Source: Alphaproteobacteria bacterium
Lineage (GTDB): Bacteria; Pseudomonadota; Alphaproteobacteria; GCA-2731375
Direction: 5' to 3'
Assembly (NCBI GenBank): GCA_965232515.1
Contig: CBDDPY010000002.1
Coordinates: 2,208,001-2,272,000, forward strand
Length of the DNA: 64,000 bases
Shown here: piece after piece, positions 36,926-46,657 of the stretch
Layout of the letters: each line of letters opens with the position of its first letter
Position numbering within the stretch: the first letter of the stretch is position 1
The notes under the pieces: generated by a model
What the model was told of the DNA's origin: nothing
What the model saw: only the letters and a program-made list of their open reading frames with translations
Databases searched by the model: none
Made by a program: the position numbers and the translations under genes

Positions 36926-38749
36926 ATGGCGAGTTTGGAGGACCGTTCGGGGCCAATAACCCCTCGGTTCGGACCTGTGAGCCAGATTGGCTTCATCGAG
37001 ATCACGCGTTACGTCTGGCGCTATTGGCGCCAGGTCCCGCACATTTTCGTGGCCACCGGCATGACCATGCTGGCGGCGACCATCGTCGACATCTTCATGC
37101 CAGTGCTGGCCGGACAACTGATCGATACGTTGGCGGTCGATAATGCGGCAGCGGGCGATCGGCTGCGCGAGGCGCTGCTGGCCGTCGCCGCCTTCGTCGG
37201 CCTGGCGGTCGGCGTGCATGTCCTGCGGCTGACCTCGTTCTACATGTGGGTGCGGCTGGCGACCAAGGTGATGCGGCGCATGGTCGGCGACAGCTTCGCG
37301 CGCGTGCAGCGCTTCAGCACGGACTGGCACGCCAACACATTCGCCGGCGCCACCGTGCGCAAGATCACGCGCGGCATGTGGGCCTACGACCAGTTCGCCG
37401 ACACGCTCTATATCGGCCTGCTGCCGACGGCCGTGGTGCTGGGCGGCGTGACGACGCTGCTGGCCATGCGCTGGCCACTGATGGGCGCCTATGTGTTCAT
37501 TGCGTCGGCCGCCTATATCGTCGTCAGCGTGGTGCTGGTATCGCGTTATCTGGCGCCGGTGCGGACGATCTCGAACCGGGCGGACTCGGCGATCGGCGGC
37601 GCGCTGGCCGACGCCATCGGCTGCAACGCCACGGTCAAGAGCTTCGGCGCCGAGACCCGCGAGGACGACCGCTTCGGCGGCGTCGTCGGCGAGTGGCAGG
37701 CGCGCACGCTGGTCACCTGGACGCGCGACATCAACGTCGAGAGCGTGCAGGCCGGCCTGTCGGTGCTGCTGCAGTTGGGCCTCCTGGGCCTCGCGGTCTG
37801 GTTCTGGCATCAGGGCCTGGCGACGCCGGGCGACGTGACCTTCGTGCTGACCAGCTATTTCCTGGTCAACGGCCGCTTGCGCGAGGTCGGCATGCACGTG
37901 CGCAACCTGCAGCGGGCGATGAGCGAGATCGAGGACCTGATCATCTTCGAGCGCACGCCGCTGGGCGTCGCCGACGGGGGCGATGCCGTGCCACTGACGG
38001 CCAGCGACGGCGCGATCCGGTTCGATGACGTGACGTTCCGCTACGGCCCGCAGCTGGCGCCGCTGTACCAGGACTTCACGCTCGACATCGCGGCGGGCGA
38101 GCGCATCGCGCTGGTCGGCCCGTCCGGCAGCGGCAAGAGCACCTTCGTCAAGCTGGTGCAGCGGCTCTACGACATCGACGGCGGCGAGATCCTGATCGAC
38201 GGCCAGGACATTGCCGGCGTGACGCAGGCGAGCCTGCGCGCGGCCGTCGCCCTGGTGCCGCAGGACCCGGTGCTGTTCCACCGCAGCCTGGCGGAGAACA
38301 TCGCCTATGCCCGACCCGACGCGACGGAGGCCGAGATCCAGGAAGCCGCGCGGCTGGCGCATGCGCACGAGTTCATCATGGACCTGCCGCAGGGCTACGA
38401 CACGCTGGTCGGCGAGCGGGGCGTGAAGCTGTCGGGCGGCGAGCGTCAGCGGGTGGCGCTGGCGCGCGCGTTCCTGGCCGACGCGCCGGTGCTGATCCTG
38501 GACGAGGCGACGAGCAGCCTCGACTCGATCACCGAAGCGCTGATCCAGGAATCGATCGAGCGGCTGATGACCGGGCGCACGACGATCATCATCGCCCATC
38601 GGCTGTCGACGATCCGCCAGGTCGACCGCATCCTGGTGTTCGACCGCGGCCGCATCGTCGAGCAGGGCCGGCTGGAGGACATGCTGGCGCGCGACGACGG
38701 CTTCTACCGCCGCCTGCACGACACGCAACTCGAAGGCCTCGCGTCCTAA
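36926..38749 (+). CDS. ABC exporter, fused permease/ATPase (MdlB/Atm1-like)
   Basis: GPSGSGKST, VPQD, LSGGERQR, ILDEATSSLD, IAHRLST; start uncertain. Confidence 0.92.
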   Translation: MASLEDRSGPITPRFGPVSQIGFIEITRYVWRYWRQVPHIFVATGMTMLAATIVDIFMPVLAGQLIDTLAVDNAAAGDRLREALLAVAAFVGLAVGVHVLRLTSFYMWVRLATKVMRRMVGDSFARVQRFSTDWHANTFAGATVRKITRGMWAYDQFADTLYIGLLPTAVVLGGVTTLLAMRWPLMGAYVFIASAAYIVVSVVLVSRYLAPVRTISNRADSAIGGALADAIGCNATVKSFGAETREDDRFGGVVGEWQARTLVTWTRDINVESVQAGLSVLLQLGLLGLAVWFWHQGLATPGDVTFVLTSYFLVNGRLREVGMHVRNLQRAMSEIEDLIIFERTPLGVADGGDAVPLTASDGAIRFDDVTFRYGPQLAPLYQDFTLDIAAGERIALVGPSGSGKSTFVKLVQRLYDIDGGEILIDGQDIAGVTQASLRAAVALVPQDPVLFHRSLAENIAYARPDATEAEIQEAARLAHAHEFIMDLPQGYDTLVGERGVKLSGGERQRVALARAFLADAPVLILDEATSSLDSITEALIQESIERLMTGRTTIIIAHRLSTIRQVDRILVFDRGRIVEQGRLEDMLARDDGFYRRLHDTQLEGLAS

Positions 38750-39846
38750 CCGGACGCGCCGCCCTGCTGCCACTGGCCCAGCAGGGCGGCGAAGAGGTCG
38801 GTGTCGGCGACGATGGCGGCGATGCGGCCGTCGATGTCGATCAGCACCGGACGCTTGGTCGCGAGGCGGGCCTGGATCAGGTCTTTCAGCGCGGTCTCCG
38901 GCGTGGCGACGGCGCTGACGCCCTCGCGCAGCCCGCCGTCCCCGAGCCGGACCGTCGTGCCGGCGTCGGGCGGCGGGGCGTCGAGCGGGCGCATGACCTC
39001 GGCCGCGCGCAGGACGTTGAGCGGGTTCATGTGCGCCACGAAGTCGGCGACATAGTCGTTCGCCGGGTTCAGCACGATGTCCTGCGGCGTGCCGAACTGC
39101 ACCACCCGGCCGCCCTCCATGATGGCGATCTTGGAGCCGATCTTGAGGGCCTCGTCGAGGTCGTGGCTGACGAAGATGATGCTGCGACGGAGCTGCGCCT
39201 GGAGGTCGAGCAGTTCGTCCTGCAGCCGGTCGCGGATCAGCGGATCGAGCGCCGAGAACGGCTCGTCCATCAACAGGATCGGCGCCTCGGTGGCGAAGGC
39301 GCGGGCGAGGCCGACGCGCTGCTGCATGCCGCCGGAGAGCTCGTGCACGCGGCGCTCGGCCCAGCCGTCGAGATGCACCAATTCTAGCTGCCGCTCGACG
39401 CGCTGCTGGCGCTCGGGCGCGGGCACGCCGGCGAGCTCGAGGCCGAAGCCGACATTCTCTGCCACCGTGCGCCAGGGCAGCAGGCCGAACTGCTGAAACA
39501 CCATGGCGACGCGGCCGGTGCGCAGGCGGCGCAGCACGTCCGGTTCGCAACGGCTGGGATCGACATAGGCCTGGCCGTCATGCACCAGAGTCTCGCCGCG
39601 GATCACGCGGTTGAGGCCGTTGGCGGCGCGCAATAGCGTCGACTTGCCGGAGCCGGACAGGCCCATCAGCACGACGATCTCGCCTTCCAGCACGTCGAGG
39701 CTGGCGCCGGCGACGCCCAGGACTTGACCGGTCGCTTCCTGGATTTCCTCGCGCGTCTGGCCCTGGTCGATCAGCGGCAGCGCGCGATCGGGCTTGTCGC
39801 CGAAGACGATGTCGACGTCGCGGAAGCGGACGATCGGTTCAGACAT
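38746..39846 (-). CDS. choV: Choline ABC transporter ATP-binding protein
   Basis: GLSGSGKST, LSGGMQQRVGLARAF, DFVAHMNPLNVL; operon context. Confidence 0.88.
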   Translation of the reverse strand: MSEPIVRFRDVDIVFGDKPDRALPLIDQGQTREEIQEATGQVLGVAGASLDVLEGEIVVLMGLSGSGKSTLLRAANGLNRVIRGETLVHDGQAYVDPSRCEPDVLRRLRTGRVAMVFQQFGLLPWRTVAENVGFGLELAGVPAPERQQRVERQLELVHLDGWAERRVHELSGGMQQRVGLARAFATEAPILLMDEPFSALDPLIRDRLQDELLDLQAQLRRSIIFVSHDLDEALKIGSKIAIMEGGRVVQFGTPQDIVLNPANDYVADFVAHMNPLNVLRAAEVMRPLDAPPPDAGTTVRLGDGGLREGVSAVATPETALKDLIQARLATKRPVLIDIDGRIAAIVADTDLFAALLGQWQQGGASG

Positions 39847-39858
39847 GATCCGATAATG

Positions 39859-40692
39859 TCACGATTTCTCCCGGCGGAAGAGCCGGTCGAGAATGATGGC
39901 GATCAGCACGATCGCCAGCCCGACCTCGAAGCCCTTGGCGATGTTGACCTGGTTCAGCGCCCGGAGCGTCGGCACGCCGAGGCCGTCGGCGCCGACCAAA
40001 GCCGCGATTACCACCATCGACAGCGACAGCATGATGGTCTGGGTCAGGCCGGCCATGATCTGCGGCATGGCGTAGGGCAGCTCGACCTTCCAGAGCAGTT
40101 GCCGCTTGGTGGCGCCGAAGGCCTGGCCAGCCTCGATGAGCGGTCGCGGCGTCGAGGAGATGCCGAGATGCGTGAGCCGGATCGGCGCGGGGATGGCGAA
40201 GATCACCGTCGCGATCAGCCCCGGCACCATGCCGAGGCCGAACAGGATCAGCGCCGGGATCAGATAGACGAAGGTCGGGATCGTCTGCATCAGATCGAGC
40301 ACCGGCCGCAGGCCCGCGTACAGCGCCGGCCGCCGCGCCGCGGCGATGCCGACCGGCACGCCGACGCCCATGCAGACGGCCGACGCCGCCAGCACCAGGG
40401 CCAGCGTCTCGGTGGTCTCCTCCCAATAGCCCTGATTGATGATCAGCAGCAGCCCGGCGGCAGTGAAGACCGAGAACAGGACCGAGCGCCGGGCCCAGTA
40501 AGCGAGCGCCGTGACGATAACGACGACGAGCAACGGATGCGGCGTCTGCAGGACCCACAGCAGACCGTCGATAAACGCTTCCAAGCCCAGCGAAACCGCG
40601 TCGAAGAACCAGGTCGCGTTGTCGGTCAGCCAGTCGACGACTGATTTCATCCACTTGCCGACCGGCAGCTTGTTCTCGGTGAGCCATTCCAT
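39859..40692 (-). CDS. choW: Choline ABC transporter permease
   Basis: PVLDLMQTIPTFVYLIP, ProW-type; context. Confidence 0.88.
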   Translation of the reverse strand: MEWLTENKLPVGKWMKSVVDWLTDNATWFFDAVSLGLEAFIDGLLWVLQTPHPLLVVVIVTALAYWARRSVLFSVFTAAGLLLIINQGYWEETTETLALVLAASAVCMGVGVPVGIAAARRPALYAGLRPVLDLMQTIPTFVYLIPALILFGLGMVPGLIATVIFAIPAPIRLTHLGISSTPRPLIEAGQAFGATKRQLLWKVELPYAMPQIMAGLTQTIMLSLSMVVIAALVGADGLGVPTLRALNQVNIAKGFEVGLAIVLIAIILDRLFRREKS

Positions 40693-40714
40693 GGCCGCCT
40701 CACCCCCAAGTCAT

Positions 40715-40740
40715 ACCGGCCGGCGCGACGGCCGGCCGGT
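40715..40740. other. Intercistronic stem-loop after choX
   Basis: ACCGGCCGGC-N6-GCCGGCCGGT, perfect 10-bp stem. Confidence 0.55.
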
Positions 40741-40759
40741 CGAGATCAGCGAGGTAGTG

Positions 40760-41719
40760 TCAGAGGCCGAGCGCGCCGCGCGCCGCGGCCATTGCGTCCC
40801 CGCCGTCCTGCGTGGTGACGCCGGCGAGCCAGCCGTCGAGCACGCCCGGATTCTTCTTCAGCCAGGCCTTGGCGGCGTCACGCGGCTCCTCGCCATCGTT
40901 CAGGATGGCGCCCATGATCTCGTTCTCCATGGCGAGTGTGAACGACAGGTTCTGGAGCAGCTTGCCGACATTGGCGCACTCGGTCGTATAGCCCTTGCGC
41001 ACGTTGGTGTAGACCGTGGCGCCGCCATAATTGGGTCCGAAAACGTCATCGCCGCCGGAAAGGTAAGTGAGCTCGAAGTTGGCGTTCATCGGGTGCGGCT
41101 CCCAGCCGAGGAACACGACATGCTCCTTCTTGCGGGCGGCGCGCGCCACCTGGGCCAGCATGCCCTGCTCGGAGGACTCGACGACCTCGAAGCCCTTCAG
41201 GCCGAAGGCGTCGGTCTCGATCATCTCCAGGATCAGCCGGTTGCCGTCGTTGCCCGGCTCGATGCCGTAGATCTTGCCGTCGAGCTCGTCGCGGAACTTG
41301 GCGATGTCGGCGAAGTCCTTGAGGCCGGCGTCCGCCGTGTAGCTCGGCACCGCGAGCGTGTATTTCGCGCCTTCGAGATTGACGCCGACGGTCTCGACCG
41401 AGCCGTCCTTGCGGTAGGGCGCGATGTCGCCCTCCATGGTCGGCATCCAGTTGCCGAGGAAGATGTCGATGTCCTTGTTCTTGAGCGCGGTGTAGGTGAC
41501 CGGCACCGACAGCACCTTGATGTCGGTCTCGTAGCCCAGCGCGTCCAGCACATAGGTCGTCGCCGCCGTGGTGGCGGTGATGTCGGTCCAGCCGACGTCG
41601 GAGAAGCGCACGGATTTGCAGCTCTCCGGCTCGGCCGCCGACGCCGGCGCAAGCGGCAGTGTCGCGGCAATGACGATGGCGCAGGCGGCGCCGAACGCCG
41701 GTCCGAGGATGCGGTTCAT
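40760..41719 (-). CDS. choX: Choline ABC transporter substrate-binding protein
   Basis: VRFSDVGWTDI, FLGNWMP, GIEPGNDGN, GWEPHPMN; signal peptide from ATG 41719. Confidence 0.92.
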   Translation of the reverse strand: MNRILGPAFGAACAIVIAATLPLAPASAAEPESCKSVRFSDVGWTDITATTAATTYVLDALGYETDIKVLSVPVTYTALKNKDIDIFLGNWMPTMEGDIAPYRKDGSVETVGVNLEGAKYTLAVPSYTADAGLKDFADIAKFRDELDGKIYGIEPGNDGNRLILEMIETDAFGLKGFEVVESSEQGMLAQVARAARKKEHVVFLGWEPHPMNANFELTYLSGGDDVFGPNYGGATVYTNVRKGYTTECANVGKLLQNLSFTLAMENEIMGAILNDGEEPRDAAKAWLKKNPGVLDGWLAGVTTQDGGDAMAAARGALGL

Positions 41720-41813
41720 GGTGTGATCTCCCTGCAGATATCGGCGCGCTTCACGTGCGCGCGTCTTTGCCTCGGCCAATCGAAGCAACATTCGGGACGC
41801 ATCGCAAGTTTTT

Positions 41814-41831
41814 ATTGATTGAACAGTCAAT
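41814..41831. promoter_or_regulatory. BetI operator
   Basis: ATTGATTGAACAGTCAAT inverted repeat between divergent choX and betI; resembles known BetI boxes. Confidence 0.8.
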
Positions 41832-41863
41832 TAAAAATACCGTCGCCGTGGGAGGCAAGCCAG

Positions 41864-42454
41864 ATGCCGAAGCTGGGAATGGAGCCGATCCGGCGCAGTG
41901 CGCTGGTGGCGGCGGCGATCGAGGCGATCCACGCCGAGGGCTTCTGCGGCGTGACGGTGAGCCATATCGCCTCGCGCGCCGGCGTCTCCACCGGCCTGGC
42001 GCACCACTATTTCGGCTCCAAGGACCAGTTGCTGGCAGCGACCATGCGGCACCTGTTCAATCGTCTCGGCGAGGAGGTGGCGGCGCGGCTGCGGACCGCG
42101 CGCACGCCCGCCGAGCGGCTGACGGCGATCGTCGAGGGCAACTTCGCGCCGTCGCAGTTTCAGCCGAGCCTGATCTCGGCCTGGCTCGCTTTCTACATGC
42201 AGTCGCAGACCTCGCCGGCCGCCAACCATCTCTTGCGCATCTATCACCGGCGGCTGGCCAGCAATCTCGCCTTCGTCTTCCGGGCCTGGACGCCCGACCG
42301 CACGACGGCGCGGGACTGCGCGGAAACGGCCGCGGCGCTGATCGACGGCTTGTGGCTGCGGTTTGCCTTGAGTGAAACGCCACCCACGCCGGTGGCGGCG
42401 GCGCGCGACGTGGAGCGGCGCATCCTCGCTTTGTTCGATGGCGAACCGGCATGA
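41864..42454 (+). CDS. betI: Choline-responsive TetR repressor BetI
   Basis: [32 protein letters not shown]; RBS GGAGG. Confidence 0.95.
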   Translation: MPKLGMEPIRRSALVAAAIEAIHAEGFCGVTVSHIASRAGVSTGLAHHYFGSKDQLLAATMRHLFNRLGEEVAARLRTARTPAERLTAIVEGNFAPSQFQPSLISAWLAFYMQSQTSPAANHLLRIYHRRLASNLAFVFRAWTPDRTTARDCAETAAALIDGLWLRFALSETPPTPVAAARDVERRILALFDGEPA

Positions 42455-44106
42455 CGCGCGAAGCGGATTTCATCATCGTCGGCTCGGGCTCGGCCGGCAG
42501 CGCGCTCGCCAGCCGTTTGAGCGAGGACGGCCGACACGACGTGCTGGTGCTGGAATATGGCGGCATCGACGCCGGCCCGCTGATCCAGATGCCGGCGGCG
42601 CTGTCGTACCCGATGAACATGGCGCGTTACGACTGGGGCTACGAGACCGAGCCGGAGCCGTATCTCGGCGGCCGCCGCCTCGCCTGCCCGCGCGGCAAGG
42701 TGGTCGGCGGCACCTCGTCGATCAACGGCATGGTCTATGTGCGCGGCCACGCCCGGGACTACGATCACTGGGCGGACCAGGGCGCGGCCGGCTGGGCCTA
42801 TGCGGATGTTCTGCCTTATTTCAAGCGCATGGAATCATCACACGGCGGCGAGGCCGGTTGGCGCGGCACCGACGGACCGCTGCACGTGACGCGTGGACGC
42901 CGCCGTAACCCGCTATACGAGGCCTTCGTGCAGGCCGGACGCGAGGCCGGTTACGAATTGACCGAGGATTACAACGGCGCGCGGCAGGAAGGCTTCGGCG
43001 CCATGGAGATGACGGTCTGGCAGGGCCGACGCTGGTCGACGGCGAACGCCTATCTGAAGCCGGCGCTGAAGCGGTCAAATCTATCGCTGATGCGCTGCTT
43101 CGCGCGCCGCGTCGTGATCGAACAGGGCCGCGCCACCGGCGTCGAGATCGAACGCGGCGGCCGCATCGAAACGGTCAGCGCCCGGCGCGAGGTCATCCTC
43201 GCCGCGTCGGCCATCAACTCGCCGAAGCTGCTGATGCTCTCCGGCATCGGGCCGGCCAACGCGTTGCGCGCGCATGGCATCGACGTGATCGCCGACCGGC
43301 CGGGCGTCGGCAGCAACCTGCAGGACCATCTCGAACTCTACGTGCAGCAGGAATGCCGCCAGCCGATCACGCTCAACGGCAAGCTGAACCTGATGTCGAA
43401 GGCGCTGATCGGCGCTGAATGGCTGTTCTTCAAGTCAGGCGACGGCGCCACCAACCATTTCGAGTCGGCGGCCTTCGTGCGCTCCAAGGCCGGCGTCGAG
43501 TATCCCGACATCCAGTATCACTTCCTGCCGGCGGCGATCCGCTACGACGGCAAGTCGGCGGCAAAGGCGCACGGCTTTCAGGCGCATGTCGGGCCGATGC
43601 GCTCGGCCTCGCGCGGCGACGTGCGGTTGCGCTCCAGCGATCCGACGGACGATCCGGCGATCCGCTTCAACTACATGTCGCAGCCGGCGGACTGGGCGGA
43701 CTTCCGCACCTGCATCCGCCTGACTCGCGAGATCTTCGCCCAGCCGGCCTTCAAGAAATTCGCCGGCGCCGAGATCGCGCCCGGCGACGCGGCGCAGTCC
43801 GACGCGGCGCTCGACGACTATATCTGCGGCGCGGTCGAGAGCGCCTATCACCCCTGCGGCACCTGCCGCATGGGGCGCGCCGACGACATGCATGCGGTGG
43901 TCGACCCCGAATGCCGGGTGATCGGCGTCGACGGTCTCCGGGTCGCCGACAGCTCGATCTTCCCGCGCATCCCGAACGGGAATCTCAATGCGCCCTCGAT
44001 CATGGTCGGCGAGAAGGCCAGCGACCACATCCTCGGCCGGACGCCGCTGCCGCCGGCGAACCAGGAACCCTGGATCCACCCGCACTGGCGCGAGCGGCAG
44101 CGGTAA
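42451..44106 (+). CDS. betA: Choline dehydrogenase (GMC oxidoreductase)
   Basis: [48 protein letters not shown]. Confidence 0.95.
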   Translation: MTREADFIIVGSGSAGSALASRLSEDGRHDVLVLEYGGIDAGPLIQMPAALSYPMNMARYDWGYETEPEPYLGGRRLACPRGKVVGGTSSINGMVYVRGHARDYDHWADQGAAGWAYADVLPYFKRMESSHGGEAGWRGTDGPLHVTRGRRRNPLYEAFVQAGREAGYELTEDYNGARQEGFGAMEMTVWQGRRWSTANAYLKPALKRSNLSLMRCFARRVVIEQGRATGVEIERGGRIETVSARREVILAASAINSPKLLMLSGIGPANALRAHGIDVIADRPGVGSNLQDHLELYVQQECRQPITLNGKLNLMSKALIGAEWLFFKSGDGATNHFESAAFVRSKAGVEYPDIQYHFLPAAIRYDGKSAAKAHGFQAHVGPMRSASRGDVRLRSSDPTDDPAIRFNYMSQPADWADFRTCIRLTREIFAQPAFKKFAGAEIAPGDAAQSDAALDDYICGAVESAYHPCGTCRMGRADDMHAVVDPECRVIGVDGLRVADSSIFPRIPNGNLNAPSIMVGEKASDHILGRTPLPPANQEPWIHPHWRERQR

Positions 44107-44183
44107 TGAATATCCCGACCGACGGAAGAAAACCAATGATCGAGATCGATGACAAGATTCTAAGCGCTTGAATATGTATGGGG

Positions 44184-44738
44184 CTAGATTTCGATCATTC
44201 TGGTTTCTTGTGCCCAAGCGCGCCAGTCGATTTCTTCTGAGTTCACCAGTTCCAATGACTCTTCGAGCGCATGGTGGTTCATAAAAAGAGTCAAATTCTG
44301 GCACTGCCAACGTGCCGAGGGTGAAATCAAACCATCGAGGCCCATGTAGTTTATGGCGGTTCCGATGACTTGCGTTTGCGCATAGTTGCGTTCGCCATAG
44401 CGTTCGGGATCTACGCCCAATTGCTCTAGGTCTGCCATCGACAGCGTAACGGTTTTGCTCGTAGTTACCGCAAGCTCGTGGACAACAAGCGGTTTGGACG
44501 GCATTGGGTTTTGCAGCGCTAGATAAGATACAACTTCTGCCAGTGCTCCGTCCCGTTCGAAGCTTGTGTATAAGACGGGAAATCCCGGCTCGCCATTAGG
44601 CCGGGGAGCCCAACGGCCGCCATTGAGAGAGGCGGCCGTTGGGTCAAAGCTCTTACCAGTGACGCGAAAAACTGACCCTCTGAAAGAAGTTTGTTCGCAT
44701 TGAGCCAGCGTGTCGGTCAGCTTTTGGTCAATTTTCAC
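44184..44738 (-). CDS. RES domain toxin (NAD+ phosphorylase family)
   Basis: VFR, GGRW, LYTS, ALAE, PSAR, NL motifs; GTG start. Confidence 0.88.
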   Translation of the reverse strand: MKIDQKLTDTLAQCEQTSFRGSVFRVTGKSFDPTAASLNGGRWAPRPNGEPGFPVLYTSFERDGALAEVVSYLALQNPMPSKPLVVHELAVTTSKTVTLSMADLEQLGVDPERYGERNYAQTQVIGTAINYMGLDGLISPSARWQCQNLTLFMNHHALEESLELVNSEEIDWRAWAQETRMIEI

Positions 44739-44756
44739 GAGCCGGTCCTAGACACT

Positions 44757-45095
44757 CTACATATGGACAGCATCCCGCATCTGATTGACCAGATGTCGGA
44801 CATCATCAATCCGTCCATTCTGTATCAACTCAGCAGGCGAATGGCCTTGGAGGAGCTTTTGCGGCGCGAACATCCATTGCCGAGCTTCACTCGGCTCATA
44901 GAAATCAGATAGTTGATCGACAATATACTCTAGCTCAAGGAGCGTCTTCTCTTTCTTTGGTTGTGGATATGCACGGCCTTGATTCCATCTTGAAACCGTT
45001 TCCGGCCTTGTTCCAAGAAGGTTAGCGACTTCGGTACTTCTCATCGCTCCCTTCGATTTGATGGTGTCCAGCCGCTTTGCAACGGCTCCCATCAT
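44757..45095 (-). CDS. Xre/MbcA/ParS-type antitoxin with N-terminal HTH
   Basis: EVANLLGTRPETVSRWNQG HTH; ARQWMFAPQKLLQGHSPAELI toxin-binding domain; RBS GGAGGGAGG. Confidence 0.88.
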   Translation of the reverse strand: MMGAVAKRLDTIKSKGAMRSTEVANLLGTRPETVSRWNQGRAYPQPKKEKTLLELEYIVDQLSDFYEPSEARQWMFAPQKLLQGHSPAELIQNGRIDDVRHLVNQMRDAVHM

Positions 45096-45143
45096 GTCCC
45101 TCCCTCCAATTTTGTGATCATCGCAGTTCCTCCTTTCAACGCA

Positions 45144-46445
45144 TTACTTTCGTCGGTTGTCTTCTCTTGTCTGCCGGTCCAGTGGAGCCTTAGTCGGTTC
45201 CTCTATCGGATTGACTTCTGCTAAATGCGCCATCGCCTGGCGGAAACGACCCATCTTCTTTTGCTTTTCCGTTAGGTTCTTCTTTAGAGTGGCGTCCAAC
45301 GACTTAAATCCTGTCGTCGCCGCGACGTCATCAGAAACACGGCGAACTTCGTTATCGAGATAGGTCTGGATACGCACCGCTTCGGGCGCAGCGCTGATTT
45401 CCTTAACTTGCCGCGAGCGTTGATAAACGAAATGACGGGACGGGTGCTGCAGCATATCGGGTACGCCCTTTGGACAGCAGTGAGTGTCCAGGCAACCAAA
45501 CCGACCATGCAAACGCGAATTGGACTTAAGGAGCGCAGCCGCATCCGCAGGCTTCAAAAGCAAATCAAGCTTGGGAAAATACACGCGTACCGGCAGCCCA
45601 CCACCTTGTTTCGATTTGCGTGGATTTCGCCATGGAGCAGGCCTGAATCCTTCAAGCATCGTAATGCCGTGTGCGATGCCGCCAACAGCACTGAAAGCCA
45701 TTAGACCCAAACCAGGCAAACCGCCAACCTGATCTGCCACAATCGGCACGCCAAGCGCCTGGAAATCGGTGCAAGCCTCTATGTAGGCAGCCGTCTTCTC
45801 GCCCGTCGCATCTGAACCGAAATTCTCAATTCTCAACCACAACGCCTCGAAAGGTGCATCCGCCACGGCGGCAACGAGGGCTCGCCTTTGAACGCGGTCG
45901 CGCAGTATCTGAATTGGCAGTGCCAGCGAGTACAGCAGAGATAATTCCGATCCCTGCCTGTCGAGTGCTTCCTGCAGATAACCCATCATCGCGATGTCGC
46001 GGCGCAACCAAGGATCGTTCGGACTTTGCAAAATATGGGTTGGACCGAGGATTTGTGTGAAACCATAGGTTTGCGCAAACTCAGCGATTTGAGCGGCACA
46101 TTTGCGACCCTGGAACATATCGAAGTCTTCTAGTCGATTCGGACGATCCATCCCCCATGGCAGGTCACCAATTGAGCTCGAATAGCCACCAATAGTTGCA
46201 GCCTTTTGGGTTTGAGGGTCGAGAACAACATCCAGATTTTTCTTGAGAGCTTCGGCAATCAGTTCCTTATGCCGAACGGCACAGGAAGCATCAATTATGA
46301 CACCGAAAAAGTCGCTTATGCCCTCGGCCAGCAGGCCCAGCATATCCTTATGCTGATTGTGACCGACGCGGAGATACAAACCCAACCGGCGCATTTCTGG
46401 GCGCGCTCCGACCGGGCGCGGCAGGTGAACCACTTGACCAGACAT
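45144..46445 (-). CDS. Uncharacterised 433-aa protein, predicted alpha/beta (TIM-barrel-like) with Cys/His cluster
   Basis: Long low-GC ORF with RBS AAGGAG; alternating beta/alpha pattern; VLDPQT; CLDTHCC...H. Confidence 0.8.
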   Translation of the reverse strand: MSGQVVHLPRPVGARPEMRRLGLYLRVGHNQHKDMLGLLAEGISDFFGVIIDASCAVRHKELIAEALKKNLDVVLDPQTQKAATIGGYSSSIGDLPWGMDRPNRLEDFDMFQGRKCAAQIAEFAQTYGFTQILGPTHILQSPNDPWLRRDIAMMGYLQEALDRQGSELSLLYSLALPIQILRDRVQRRALVAAVADAPFEALWLRIENFGSDATGEKTAAYIEACTDFQALGVPIVADQVGGLPGLGLMAFSAVGGIAHGITMLEGFRPAPWRNPRKSKQGGGLPVRVYFPKLDLLLKPADAAALLKSNSRLHGRFGCLDTHCCPKGVPDMLQHPSRHFVYQRSRQVKEISAAPEAVRIQTYLDNEVRRVSDDVAATTGFKSLDATLKKNLTEKQKKMGRFRQAMAHLAEVNPIEEPTKAPLDRQTREDNRRK

Positions 46446-46464
46446 GGAGTGTTCTCCTTTCTGG

Positions 46465-46548
46465 ATTGACTATATCATTGACAAATATATTGCGCAATAA
46501 ATTGTTTTTATAATTGACGTAATTGTTGACGAATTTGTTAATCATAGC
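46465..46548. repeat. Seven degenerate 12-bp tandem repeats (RTTGAC core)
   Basis: ATTGACTATATC/ATTGACAAATAT/ATTGCGCAATAA/ATTGTTTTTATA/ATTGACGTAATT/GTTGACGAATTT/GTTAATCATAGC. Confidence 0.75.
46469..46497 (-). promoter_or_regulatory. sigma70-like promoter TTGCGC-N17-TATAGT for the three-gene island
   Basis: -35 at 46497-46492, -10 at 46474-46469, just upstream of the RBS; -35 lies inside palindrome TATTGCGCAATA (46488-46499). Confidence 0.65.
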
Positions 46549-46657
46549 GTCGGGCCAATGCCTGTGTGCATAACCATGATGAAGGGTGGTCCGCTTGGAA
46601 TCACTTTATGGCTGTCGACGCGACCCTCGGCACTACGGCCGCAAATGATCTGTGCCT

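Noticed and set aside
36752-39550. 932-aa minus-strand ORF
   Set aside because: Antisense/off-frame shadow of the ABC exporter and choV; Arg/Ala/Gly-rich with no motifs, typical of high-GC DNA
46348-46545. Minus-strand ORF MINKFVNNYVNYKNNLLRNIFVNDIVN with Asn at every fourth residue; 12 of the first 27 codons are Asn/Tyr/Asp (queuosine-tRNA decoded), tempting as a Q-sensing leader for a TGT-like gene
   Set aside because: The periodicity follows directly from the 12-bp AT-rich DNA repeat; there is no RBS and its ATG lies upstream of the predicted promoter. Ribo-seq could revive it.
44107-46657. Calling the RES island a mobile element
   Set aside because: No integrase, transposase, tRNA target or flanking direct repeats were found; only composition suggests horizontal origin
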